Positions 1 through 8,278 of a stretch of 64,000 bases of DNA are shown here, piece after piece. The notes beneath the pieces were generated by a model that worked only from the letters and a program-made list of their open reading frames with translations, was not told the DNA's origin and ran no database searches. Each line of letters opens with the position of its first letter. Within the stretch, counting starts at the first letter, position 1. Source of the stretch: a virus; the IMG/VR virus record IMGVR_UViG_3300035696_000005, positions 96,001-160,000 of that record; one strand, written 5' to 3'. A program made the translations under genes and the position numbers.

Positions 1-1265
1 ATCTGCTTTTCTTTCCCATCAATCACACATGCAGTAGACTTCAGAGCAAATCCGAAGGTATCACGCGTGTTGTACTGATAGGTGTAAGAACCAATCCCAA
101 AGACCACGTTTGTAGATGCGAATCCCTTTGCTTCGAGCCTCTGAGTAATCTCTTCGGCCCTTTTCAGAGTGATCGCATCTCCATAGATGAGCCCGATGTG
201 GGAATCGAGTTGCTTGAAGCCTTTGGCAGTTTTAGTTCCACCAAAGATATCATAAAGAGCTTCAACAGCACCTTTACGCTCAAGCTCAGTCTTCCCATTA
301 GGATCACCGCAGACAATGAGAACCGGATCGCCCGAGTCAGGACGAATAACAACCTTATCCAGACCCAGCGGATGACCTTTGCGAGCCATGATCTTATCCT
401 TCAATGCGGGAAGAACATGACCAATGACGCCCCAGAAGTCATAGCCATCAGATACAATCGAGACCGGACCACTCGGATGAACCCGACAGATCACATTCTC
501 AAAGTAGGCCATATCATCGCCGTAGGCGCACTGAATGGAGTGCTCCGTTGCCGCGATAGAGGTTCCGATGAGCTCCTTCTCCACATTACCACCATAGTAA
601 TACTCGATGGCAGGAATGGCAGGAACCGTATCGGTACCAACGAAGCTCGTCAGATGCCCGATACCAGTCAACTTCGCAGCCTCAAGACCCATCATTCCAC
701 GCATGGAAAAATCATGACCTTGGAACTGAACAAAGCTCGTATCGCCCACAGTTCTCATTGCTGCCGCATCGAGAAGCTTACGATACTGGTGAGCAATGGT
801 TGCTGCCGTGTAAGTAGGCCAGAGCTCAGAAGACATCAGAGTTTCGACGTAGTTGGTCAGCCAAAAGAATTCAGGCTTCGTGTTTTGGATCGTAAGGCTC
901 GGAGTCCGAAGAGGAAGAATCGTTCCTTCAGGAACTGCCTTAACCAGAAGCGGAAGATATCCAAGCTTGTGAAGTGCTTCGATATGCTCCGTCTCAGGCT
1001 TCTCTTGCCCCAGCGTATACTTCACGATCCTGGAATACTCGGCAACCACTTTAGCCATAGGTCTGCTGAAGAAGTGCTCTTGGAAGTAGTCCTTCAGGAA
1101 CTTAACGAAGCGCTGATTACCGGCAACGACAACCTCTTCCACATCCTTCATCCGGCTAGCGCGGTGAGTCCACGTGGAATAGACAACTTCAGTTTTTTGG
1201 GGGTACATCGGACGGTGGAACAGCTTATAAAAATCGGCCAACAACATTGCAGAAGTGCGTTCCAT
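1..1265 (-). CDS. nadV: Nicotinamide phosphoribosyltransferase-like (NAMPT/Namat), runs off the window edge
   Basis: Hand translation: MERTSAMLLADFYKLFHRPMYPKKTEVVYSTW... and HIGLIYGDAITLKRAEEITQRLEAKGFASTNVVFGIGSYTYQYNTRDTFGFALKS; AAGGAG SD before ATG at 1265. Confidence 0.93.
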   Translation of the reverse strand, partial: MERTSAMLLADFYKLFHRPMYPQKTEVVYSTWTHRASRMKDVEEVVVAGNQRFVKFLKDYFQEHFFSRPMAKVVAEYSRIVKYTLGQEKPETEHIEALHKLGYLPLLVKAVPEGTILPLRTPSLTIQNTKPEFFWLTNYVETLMSSELWPTYTAATIAHQYRKLLDAAAMRTVGDTSFVQFQGHDFSMRGMMGLEAAKLTGIGHLTSFVGTDTVPAIPAIEYYYGGNVEKELIGTSIAATEHSIQCAYGDDMAYFENVICRVHPSGPVSIVSDGYDFWGVIGHVLPALKDKIMARKGHPLGLDKVVIRPDSGDPVLIVCGDPNGKTELERKGAVEALYDIFGGTKTAKGFKQLDSHIGLIYGDAITLKRAEEITQRLEAKGFASTNVVFGIGSYTYQYNTRDTFGFALKSTACVIDGKEKQ

Positions 1266-1351
1266 ATAATCTCCTTTGATATGGAATATGTTTTGTTACT
1301 CAATCTCCATCGCGAGTAACTATTCAAGCATAAAGGCAATTTTTTCTTACG

Positions 1352-2155
1352 TCAAACCTCGATTCCGTCCGTGTTCTTACACAGACTGTTGGTTGTAAAA
1401 AGTTTGATCCCGGCTTTTTCAAGGACCTCACGGCCCTTACTGAAGATACCGTGAGTGACAAACAGATTGATGGTATGGCTGTTCTCGTACTTTTGATTCA
1501 GTGTCTTTGCAACACTTAAGAAAGTTGCTCCGCCGTCGCAAAGGTCATCGAGAATAAGAAAACGCGTGTTGGGCTTACACTCGTAGCTTTCTCCGTCAAC
1601 CATCCTATGCCCAGTGATGTTGCCATTCGATTGTTCACGCACCTTTTCAAATGTCATTGTCGGTATGCCACAGTACCTACCCTCTCTTGAAGTGATTGGT
1701 AAATATCTTTTCCTTGCCCCGTAGTCTGGGAACACAATGAAATGCGGCGATAGCAGAGTAACGGTGGCGTGGTGAATGAAATACATTTCTTCGTTTCTGA
1801 AGTTTCTGATCAAATCCCGAGTTAGACTTGGGTTATGAACGTCAACCGACGTGACCTCCGCAAACTCAAGACCATTGATCAGATCAGCGAAAACTCTGAG
1901 ATTGAAAGTTGAATCGTTCGACACACCCTTGTCCTGCCTGCCGTACGGTAAGAACGGAACATGAAGATGAATCGCGGCATCCTTTCTTAGGAGCTTTCTC
2001 AGGCTGTAGAGATCGATAATTTCCCTCTCAGCCTCAAATCGCCAGTCAATCTGAAGCACTTTTGTATTAAGAATTTTATCAGGAAGATTCCAGACCTGAG
2101 AGGTTCCGTCTGGAAAGATCGTAGGCTTAATCAGATGCCCGTTTACTTTAATCAT
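1352..2155 (-). CDS. prs: Ribose-phosphate pyrophosphokinase-like (Prs/Adps)
   Basis: FPDG, PFLPYGRQDK, VDVHN, LILDDLCDGGATF, LFVTHGIFSKG motifs. Confidence 0.9.
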   Translation of the reverse strand: MIKVNGHLIKPTIFPDGTSQVWNLPDKILNTKVLQIDWRFEAEREIIDLYSLRKLLRKDAAIHLHVPFLPYGRQDKGVSNDSTFNLRVFADLINGLEFAEVTSVDVHNPSLTRDLIRNFRNEEMYFIHHATVTLLSPHFIVFPDYGARKRYLPITSREGRYCGIPTMTFEKVREQSNGNITGHRMVDGESYECKPNTRFLILDDLCDGGATFLSVAKTLNQKYENSHTINLFVTHGIFSKGREVLEKAGIKLFTTNSLCKNTDGIEV

Positions 2156-2197
2156 AAAAGTCTCCTTCTAACTTCTTATACCCTCAAAATGGGTAAA

Positions 2198-2227
2198 TAA
2201 AACCGGGGTGCGTTCTGCACCCCGGTT
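2198..2227 (-). terminator. Intrinsic terminator
   Basis: AACCGGGGTGC/GCACCCCGGTT stem with U-rich tail on minus strand after the 2232 ORF. Confidence 0.7.
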
Positions 2228-2231
2228 GAGC

Positions 2232-2738
2232 TTAGCTATGGTTAACCGCAGCACTCTTGTCGATGTAGGCGTGAAGACCGCTCTCACATTGGTCATTACC
2301 AGGATTGAACGGATGATGCGGAGTGTGCCAACGCTTCAGCTTCCACCTGAATTTGTTGTTTCCACGTTTATTCTTCCGAACCACTGACTCAAACGTGTGA
2401 AGTGGACAAAACTTCTTAGACACTACAGGTCCCGTCTGGTAGGCGTATTCAGCGCCCACAACGTAGGCTTCGGACACACGAAGCTTATCAAACCTATTGA
2501 CTCCGTTTCTTCTAGCAGCATCTCCTGGGACAAAAAGCGTTAGCACAACATCCCTACTGCCGTTGTACTCACCTCTTTTGAAGAACACCTCACGAACTTT
2601 CTTGTAGCAGATGAACGGTTTACCGATATCAGGAATCTTCGTGAGGGTTTGATTTTCCTCAGCTAGACTTCTGATCAAAGCCTCGTTCGGTGCTTTTTTG
2701 AAATAGTCTGAGATTTTTTGAAATAGTCTTTTGATCAT
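2232..2738 (-). CDS. DUF5758-like phage protein (paralogue 1)
   Basis: KKV...VLTLFVPGDAARRNG...KLRVSEAYVV pattern; clearly similar to 2750-3226. Confidence 0.55.
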   Translation of the reverse strand: MIKRLFQKISDYFKKAPNEALIRSLAEENQTLTKIPDIGKPFICYKKVREVFFKRGEYNGSRDVVLTLFVPGDAARRNGVNRFDKLRVSEAYVVGAEYAYQTGPVVSKKFCPLHTFESVVRKNKRGNNKFRWKLKRWHTPHHPFNPGNDQCESGLHAYIDKSAAVNHS

Positions 2739-2749
2739 GAGCGGTTCTC

Positions 2750-3226
2750 CTAGAGGTAATACTTCTTAGCCGAGGCTTTGGAAATAAATGCATGAAGCCC
2801 GTGAGAGCACTGACCAGCCGCTGCCGCAAACTTATACGCCGGTTTATGCCATTTACCAACCACCCAGCGAAATTTCCCCTCCGCAGATTTCTTTTTCTTG
2901 TTCAGTTGGGAATAAATGATATTGTAGGTGTGGCCGGGGAAGAATTCTTTCTCACTGATCGGGTTTCCACTGCGGCTTTCTGCTTTGACAACAAACGCGG
3001 CAGAAACTCTGAGCTTGTCGTGGCGACTGTTACCATTCCTTCTCTTTGCATCCGCAGGAACATAAAGAGTCAGGATCGCAACATTTTTTCTGCGCCCATT
3101 CTGATCAGGGACAATCACTTTCTTAAATGCGATGAAATCCTTACCTACCTGTGGCACCCGTGCCATTCTTTCATTTTCTTTAAGCAACTTCTTAATCAGT
3201 GCGCTGCTTGGTTTTTTTCTTGTCAT
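2750..3226 (-). CDS. DUF5758-like phage protein (paralogue 2)
   Basis: FKKV...ILTLYVPADAKRRNG...KLRVSAAFVV; SD AAGGAG. Confidence 0.55.
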   Translation of the reverse strand: MTRKKPSSALIKKLLKENERMARVPQVGKDFIAFKKVIVPDQNGRRKNVAILTLYVPADAKRRNGNSRHDKLRVSAAFVVKAESRSGNPISEKEFFPGHTYNIIYSQLNKKKKSAEGKFRWVVGKWHKPAYKFAAAAGQCSHGLHAFISKASAKKYYL

Positions 3227-3299
3227 CTGAATCTCCTTTTTTAAATCAGTGAGGTGAGGAACTCAGCTCATGTACACTCGCACACTAGTTCCCCACCAC

Positions 3300-3378
3300 C
3301 AAAGACATCCGTGGTTTCGCTCCACAGACTACCGGTACAACAATTCCCGGAGTGCTTACCTCTTTACACCAATGTCAC
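3300..3378 (-). ncRNA. Degenerate tRNA-like cloverleaf
   Basis: GACAT/ATGTC acceptor-like stem, GTG..GGTAAG..CAC D-like arm, CCGG/CCGG arm, GTGG-AGCGAAA-CCAC T-like arm; no CCA. Confidence 0.4.
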
Positions 3379-3405
3379 CTGCCAGCCAGGATACGCCTGG
3401 CACGC

Positions 3406-3612
3406 CTATTGAAATCGCATGCTTCTACACTCGTATTCCTTATGCCCGTCTGTGATGCATTGACGAACGAGGCGTTCCCTCTCTGTCACGCTTTTGGGCG
3501 TGACGCTCAGAAACACAAGTCCCATCGACAGAAGAAACGTAAGGAATGCGATAACGACCAAAAGCTCTCCGATTTTCTTTTTCTTTTCAATTCTCGCCAA
3601 ATCCTCCCTCAT
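3406..3612 (-). CDS. Small membrane protein
   Basis: One hydrophobic helix; ATGA overlap with upstream vWA stop. Confidence 0.65.
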   Translation of the reverse strand: MREDLARIEKKKKIGELLVVIAFLTFLLSMGLVFLSVTPKSVTERERLVRQCITDGHKEYECRSMRFQ

Positions 3613-4694
3613 TCCCGGTCCCACCCTTCAACTTCATACAGAAACTTCGTCCTACCCAAGAGCTTGCGGGTGTAAGAAGTACTCTGGACGAACGGAGTAT
3701 ACTGCTCCAGGCTTGTCGGACGAATACGAACAGTTCCGTGTTCAGGCAAACCAAGAAGCTCACGAGCCCTGCGACCCGTGTACATATCGCCCGTTCTCTT
3801 ATCGAGAAGGACGATCTCCTTATGGGCTTGGATGTTTTCCGACTTCGTGAATTCATAGAAACCACGGCCCTTTACATAAGGAATGCCGTTTGCCTCAACG
3901 AATCCTTTGATCGTCGTATCGCTATCCACATCCATGACTTGGAAGCGCCCCGCAGGAACAGCAGAAAAATCAGCTGCCCCGAACGCAGTTCTTCCGCCGG
4001 AGCGATTCAGAAGCGTGTTAAACACACGCTCCATGCTTCGATTCATGCGGTGACTGCGAACGATTTCCTGCTCGAAGTTCTGGAGCTGTTCTTCACCCAC
4101 CTGACGGTAGCAGATCGCCATGATCATGTCCGTCACTTGAGAGAACTGGTCCAGGTTCAAGTGAAAGCCTCCGGTCTTCTCCGCAATCTCACGGTAGAAG
4201 CTTGTGGCATGACGATGGTTCAGTGCCTGAACGCCGTAGACATGGATGCCAGACTCCAAAAGAAGACCCAGCTCGTTTCTCCAGTTGATTTTCTTTTTGT
4301 TCTGACGGTCGGTAGGTCCGTGCGGAATGTCATCCCCGATCATCGCAAGGACCTTGGATTTGCCAGATGTCCAGGAGATATCGGTGCGTGCCTCGTGAAG
4401 GACGAGCTCATAGCATTCCTCAGAGTCGCCACCACCCGTTGCCTCCACTGTATCCACAAAGCGACAGATCGCACGGACATCGTCCGAGAGATCAAAATGC
4501 TTTGTGACATAAGTTGAGCCCGCGTCACAGTAATCCCCGTGAGCGATAATCCCAATACGGATATTGGGGATCTCCCGGAAAAGGCGGGTGACGTTTTCCT
4601 TCAGGGTTCGACGTACCTGAGTCAAGCATGGGTACATCGATCCTGTGGTATCGAACGAAAATACGACTTCAATGTTTTCAGTTGGCCTACTCAT
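3609..4694 (-). CDS. vWA-domain protein
   Basis: MIDAS DTTGSM, GGGDSEE, IGDDIPH; extra C-terminal domain. Confidence 0.85.
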   Translation of the reverse strand: MSRPTENIEVVFSFDTTGSMYPCLTQVRRTLKENVTRLFREIPNIRIGIIAHGDYCDAGSTYVTKHFDLSDDVRAICRFVDTVEATGGGDSEECYELVLHEARTDISWTSGKSKVLAMIGDDIPHGPTDRQNKKKINWRNELGLLLESGIHVYGVQALNHRHATSFYREIAEKTGGFHLNLDQFSQVTDMIMAICYRQVGEEQLQNFEQEIVRSHRMNRSMERVFNTLLNRSGGRTAFGAADFSAVPAGRFQVMDVDSDTTIKGFVEANGIPYVKGRGFYEFTKSENIQAHKEIVLLDKRTGDMYTGRRARELLGLPEHGTVRIRPTSLEQYTPFVQSTSYTRKLLGRTKFLYEVEGWDRE

Positions 4695-4954
4695 GTATGT
4701 TCCTTTTGATCACTAATTGCAGCTCGGTATCCGAGCCGAAAGGCGTTTTGAATCTCTGCTCCGTGAGGAGCGCCCAGACATCTTCGAGTATCAATGAAAC
4801 GAAGAAGCGCAAGATGCTCTGGTCTCAAGCGCTCTTCAATTTTACTTATGTCTATGTACTCCTTCTCAGTAAGAGGAGTGAAGTGTTTCTTTATCTCTTC
4901 CTTGGCGCTAGCTAGCTCATCGTAGCCAACGATTTTGCCTGTCTTTGTATCCAT
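4691..4954 (-). CDS. Hypothetical protein
   Basis: SD GGAGG, tiles between purA-like and vWA genes. Confidence 0.65.
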   Translation of the reverse strand: MDTKTGKIVGYDELASAKEEIKKHFTPLTEKEYIDISKIEERLRPEHLALLRFIDTRRCLGAPHGAEIQNAFRLGYRAAISDQKEHT

Positions 4955-4962
4955 TCGTCCTC

Positions 4963-6174
4963 CTACAAATGAAATTCCCGAACATCCTTACGAGTCGGGC
5001 CATACGAAATTAAGCCACTTTCCGCATCAAGACTATCCAGAAGTAACTTCATGAAGTTTTCCACTGAAGTTGACTGAAGAGAACTGCTAACGTTAAAGCC
5101 GTTACCGACGTTACAGTTGTAGATGACTCCACGATCCCCTACCTGATCGGCGCAGGTGATTGCGTAGTGAGGGCGGGCTATAAGTCCTCCTCCCCTAAAC
5201 AAATCATCCATTACTCGGGCGGTTAGATAATCGAAGTCGATGATTCCGAATCTGAGATCCCCCTGATGGGCGTTCGTCACATTCGTTGTGTCAGAGGCTT
5301 TGTCGTACGGAAGCTTTTCCATCTCCTCAGGAAAGGGTCCAGCTCCGTGCCGAGTGACGTAAGTCCTTGTTACGTAGTAAACATCGATCGGGGTAGCGAT
5401 ACTCCGAGCCGCGAGCAACTTAGCCACATTTTTTAGACCCGTCTTCGACCTGGTAACATGTGGAAAGAAGGTATGATCTTCATCCAACATGAGTCCTTGA
5501 GCACCCTCAAACACAACGTTCTCGTGATCTAGCTCCAGATCCTCCCACTTGCAAATATTTGTGAGAAAAACCATCTTCTCGCAATCTCCAAGAAAGTTCT
5601 CAAGGAGCTGAGGATGGTTGAGATAAGGAAGCTTACTGTCCGAAATCTTCAGCTGATCCAATCGAGCAGGAACATACTTCTCTCGAATGTGCTTCAGCTT
5701 ATCCATAAGATCTTTTGAGAAAAGATCCTTAAAGCTTAAGGTGAAGTCGGGGTCCTGATTGCGGTGAACGGTCTCGTTAAAACCCATGCCGCAACTTCCG
5801 TGCTTCTTATCCCCCCGAGATTCCTCGGCTGCCTGGTTGATCATGATGTCAAAAGGAGTCGTAATAGGGCAGCGATGGTCGATGTAGGTGTTTGGAGCAA
5901 AGCCCATCGCAGACAGGACTTTAAGTTCCTCAACAAAGAAAATTGGGCATGCAACAAAATATTGGCTTAAGAAGGTTTCAGCTTTAGCCAGGGTACCTGA
6001 TCCGAAATGATGAAACACGTGGCGTTTTCCTTCCGGGGTAACAACGGTGTGCCCGGCTTGCGCTCCGCCATTGAAGCGAACAACCATAGAACTCGACTGA
6101 GACGAGAGATAGTCAGTGATTAATCCTTTGCCTTCGTCCCCGTAGTTTGCACCGATAACTGTTGAAATTTTCAT
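4963..6174 (-). CDS. purA: Adenylosuccinate synthetase-like protein (divergent PurA family)
   Basis: GANYGDEGKG, GGAQAGHT, FEGAQG, TRHGAGPFP. Confidence 0.85.
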   Translation of the reverse strand: MKISTVIGANYGDEGKGLITDYLSSQSSSMVVRFNGGAQAGHTVVTPEGKRHVFHHFGSGTLAKAETFLSQYFVACPIFFVEELKVLSAMGFAPNTYIDHRCPITTPFDIMINQAAEESRGDKKHGSCGMGFNETVHRNQDPDFTLSFKDLFSKDLMDKLKHIREKYVPARLDQLKISDSKLPYLNHPQLLENFLGDCEKMVFLTNICKWEDLELDHENVVFEGAQGLMLDEDHTFFPHVTRSKTGLKNVAKLLAARSIATPIDVYYVTRTYVTRHGAGPFPEEMEKLPYDKASDTTNVTNAHQGDLRFGIIDFDYLTARVMDDLFRGGGLIARPHYAITCADQVGDRGVIYNCNVGNGFNVSSSLQSTSVENFMKLLLDSLDAESGLISYGPTRKDVREFHL

Positions 6175-6446
6175 ACTAACTCCTTATGCCCGCAAGGTTC
6201 CCCGCAGGCGCAAAAACATCCGAGAGGGCCAAAGCCAATAACGGATCGATGGACGAACACAAAATCACCGTCAGACAGTTCAGCAGTCTTTGGTGTGGGT
6301 TCTCCATTTATCCCATAGCCCCAACAGGGATACTTGGTCATAGCCTGAGTGAATTCTGGAACTGCCGCTATAGCCTCACCCACGGTATTCGCACAAACGA
6401 CGTGTTTGTCCTTCCCAAGCATCTGCACTACGATGTTCTTAGCCAC
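6171..6446 (-). CDS. Ubiquitin-like (beta-grasp) protein with Cys-rich tail
   Basis: Aligns by eye to the 12412-12612 Ubl (MAK..Q.LG, TVG, NGEP, LSD..FV); ends VIGFGPLGCFCACGEPCGHKELV. Confidence 0.65.
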   Translation of the reverse strand: MAKNIVVQMLGKDKHVVCANTVGEAIAAVPEFTQAMTKYPCWGYGINGEPTPKTAELSDGDFVFVHRSVIGFGPLGCFCACGEPCGHKELV

Positions 6447-6645
6447 TTTTGTTTTCTACTGCTTTTTTATGGATGTCAGATCCGACGAACGTTTCCACAG
6501 AGCCAAAACAAGGCTCACCCCAGCCTTCGTCCATGCCGCGCTGGTCCTTTTCTGCTTCTTTTGCCGACAAAAACCACGACGGGAAAGCTGAGCCATCCCC
6601 ACCATTTTGAATTGAGTACCAGACAATTACTTTCTTGAGTGCCAT
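6439..6645 (-). CDS. Hypothetical protein
   Basis: SD GGAGG; overlaps next gene. Confidence 0.6.
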   Translation of the reverse strand: MALKKVIVWYSIQNGGDGSAFPSWFLSAKEAEKDQRGMDEGWGEPCFGSVETFVGSDIHKKAVENKSG

Positions 6646-6660
6646 GCTTCCTCCAAAATA

Positions 6661-6693
6661 AAAAATGCGGGCAAGGTTTCCCCTGCCCGCATC
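6661..6693 (-). terminator. Intrinsic terminator
   Basis: ATGCGGGCA/TGCCCGCAT stem followed by U-tract on minus strand. Confidence 0.65.
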
Positions 6694-6697
6694 AAAT

Positions 6698-7612
6698 TTA
6701 CAGGGACGCGGTTCCCGAGCCCCTACCTGCCGAAAGAGAACTTACGGCATTTCTTACAACTACTGCGGTGTTACCTTCCCAGCTTGAGGCAACATCGTCG
6801 TGATCGTGTCCTTCATTGACCTGAATGGCGCTGACGATCACTTCAGCAAGTTTAGTGTGATCCGCAAGACGGATCGCACGTTGCGGAAGAATTCGGTTCC
6901 AGTCTTGGAAAACCTGATCTGTTCTTCCGCGAGCATAACTACCTTCTTCCACAATAATGTGGAATACCTCATAGACCCGAGAGACTTCAGTGAGAAGCTC
7001 ACGTGCCGAAATATCGGTATGAGCATTATCACCAAAGAAGTTATTCAGGTCCCTGGCTCGAAGCATTGGGGTAGGCAGCTCGTCACCGATGGTGAAGAGA
7101 TAACCTTTCTTGCCCCGCTTCTCAACGCAGTCCGTACTGGTATGGCGAGCTCCCATGTACCAGGCAGCGATATAGGACTCGTAAGGATTCCCACCACCTC
7201 CGCCTTCCAGGTAGAACTTCTCCAGCTGCTGGGCGATCCTGAGATCGGCTTCAAACTGGGTTGCCTGGACAGGAGCACGGTCGCATTCCATATCACCGAT
7301 AGCCATGCACATAATGTGCGGATCAGTGACGGGTCTACGCTGGTAGATCTCCGATACCAGAGTTGGAACCCCTTTGCGAGCCATGTGATCTGAGATCATT
7401 CCCATTGATCCGGTAACGTCCTGAGCGATGATGATCGCTGTAGACTGCGGATTATCAGAGGAATCTCTGGATTCACGGACTCTGACGCCCTTCACATCCA
7501 GAGCGGCATCGATCCTCCGGCTGGTGAAAATCTCGTCCGTGGTCTTCGTTTCGTAGCTATTTGTCGTAGCGTAGGCTTCCCAATCCTTCGGATTAAACCT
7601 TCCTGATCCCAT
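6698..7612 (-). CDS. vWA-domain protein
   Basis: DVTGSMG MIDAS, GGGGNPYESY, FTIGDE. Confidence 0.85.
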   Translation of the reverse strand: MGSGRFNPKDWEAYATTNSYETKTTDEIFTSRRIDAALDVKGVRVRESRDSSDNPQSTAIIIAQDVTGSMGMISDHMARKGVPTLVSEIYQRRPVTDPHIMCMAIGDMECDRAPVQATQFEADLRIAQQLEKFYLEGGGGGNPYESYIAAWYMGARHTSTDCVEKRGKKGYLFTIGDELPTPMLRARDLNNFFGDNAHTDISARELLTEVSRVYEVFHIIVEEGSYARGRTDQVFQDWNRILPQRAIRLADHTKLAEVIVSAIQVNEGHDHDDVASSWEGNTAVVVRNAVSSLSAGRGSGTASL

Positions 7613-7614
7613 CG

Positions 7615-7782
7615 TTAGCTCTCCTTAGCAGGCGAATGACCGCCTTCGTTTTCCATTGCTTCAGCCGGGGTGGCTTCAGCGGGTGTGGCCTCGATAGCGG
7701 CAGGTGCTGCTTCAGCAGGCTTTGCCTCACCTTCCGGTGCCTTTGCATATTCTTCCATCGTTGTACTAGATACTCCGCCCAT
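7615..7782 (-). CDS. 55-aa acidic Ala/Pro/Glu-rich protein (not in ORF track)
   Basis: GGAG SD; MGGVSSTTMEEYAKAPEGEAKPAEAAPAAIEATPAEATPAEAMENEGGHSPAKES*. Confidence 0.65.
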   Translation of the reverse strand: MGGVSSTTMEEYAKAPEGEAKPAEAAPAAIEATPAEATPAEAMENEGGHSPAKES

Positions 7783-8065
7783 AAATTCTCCTATTGGTGA
7801 CTACGTTTTAAATCTACAAATAAAGAGAGGACACCGGGTCAAGGTCGGTGTCCTCTCCATCTTCTCGGGTCAGATTCCTGTCCGGCCCTTAACAGGCTCC
7901 TTTAAGGACAGCCGCCACTACCCTCCATTGGACTGACAGCCGGGCGACACTTCACAGAAAATCCCCCGTAATGGGATTTTGTTTTCTGTGGATAGGGTGA
8001 TGCTCGTATTACGCCGCCGAGAAAATACTTTTGCCCCAAAGACTTATACCCATATCTTGGGTATT

Positions 8066-8278
8066 TTAGAATCCCTTTCTGGTTGGAACCGACTGCTCAA
8101 TTCCCATACCGCTATTGGCTACTGTCTGAAGGTGCTTAGAACAAGATTCACAAAACCTATGCGACTTATCGGTCTTAATCATCTTGCCACCACACCATCC
8201 AAGACACGGTCTATATTTAACTCCCTTCTGTTTATGAGCAACATTTCTCGACATGTTCTTAGAGGTTTTAGAGCTCAT
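8066..8278 (-). CDS. Small Zn-ribbon-like protein
   Basis: CLGWC...FCESC. Confidence 0.55.
   Translation of the reverse strand: MSSKTSKNMSRNVAHKQKGVKYRPCLGWCGGKMIKTDKSHRFCESCSKHLQTVANSGMGIEQSVPTRKGF

Noticed and set aside
198-1319. Long plus-strand ORFs in the track (also 3738-4517, 6800-7393, 21326-22057, 27287-27979, 45505-46104)
   Set aside because: They are antisense shadows of well-supported minus-strand genes, with no SD or recognisable motifs.
4963-6174. PurZ / 2-aminoadenine (Z) genome
   Set aside because: The catalytic loop is GDEGKG with the Asp retained (PurZ has Ser there), and no DatZ/MazZ-like neighbours are visible.
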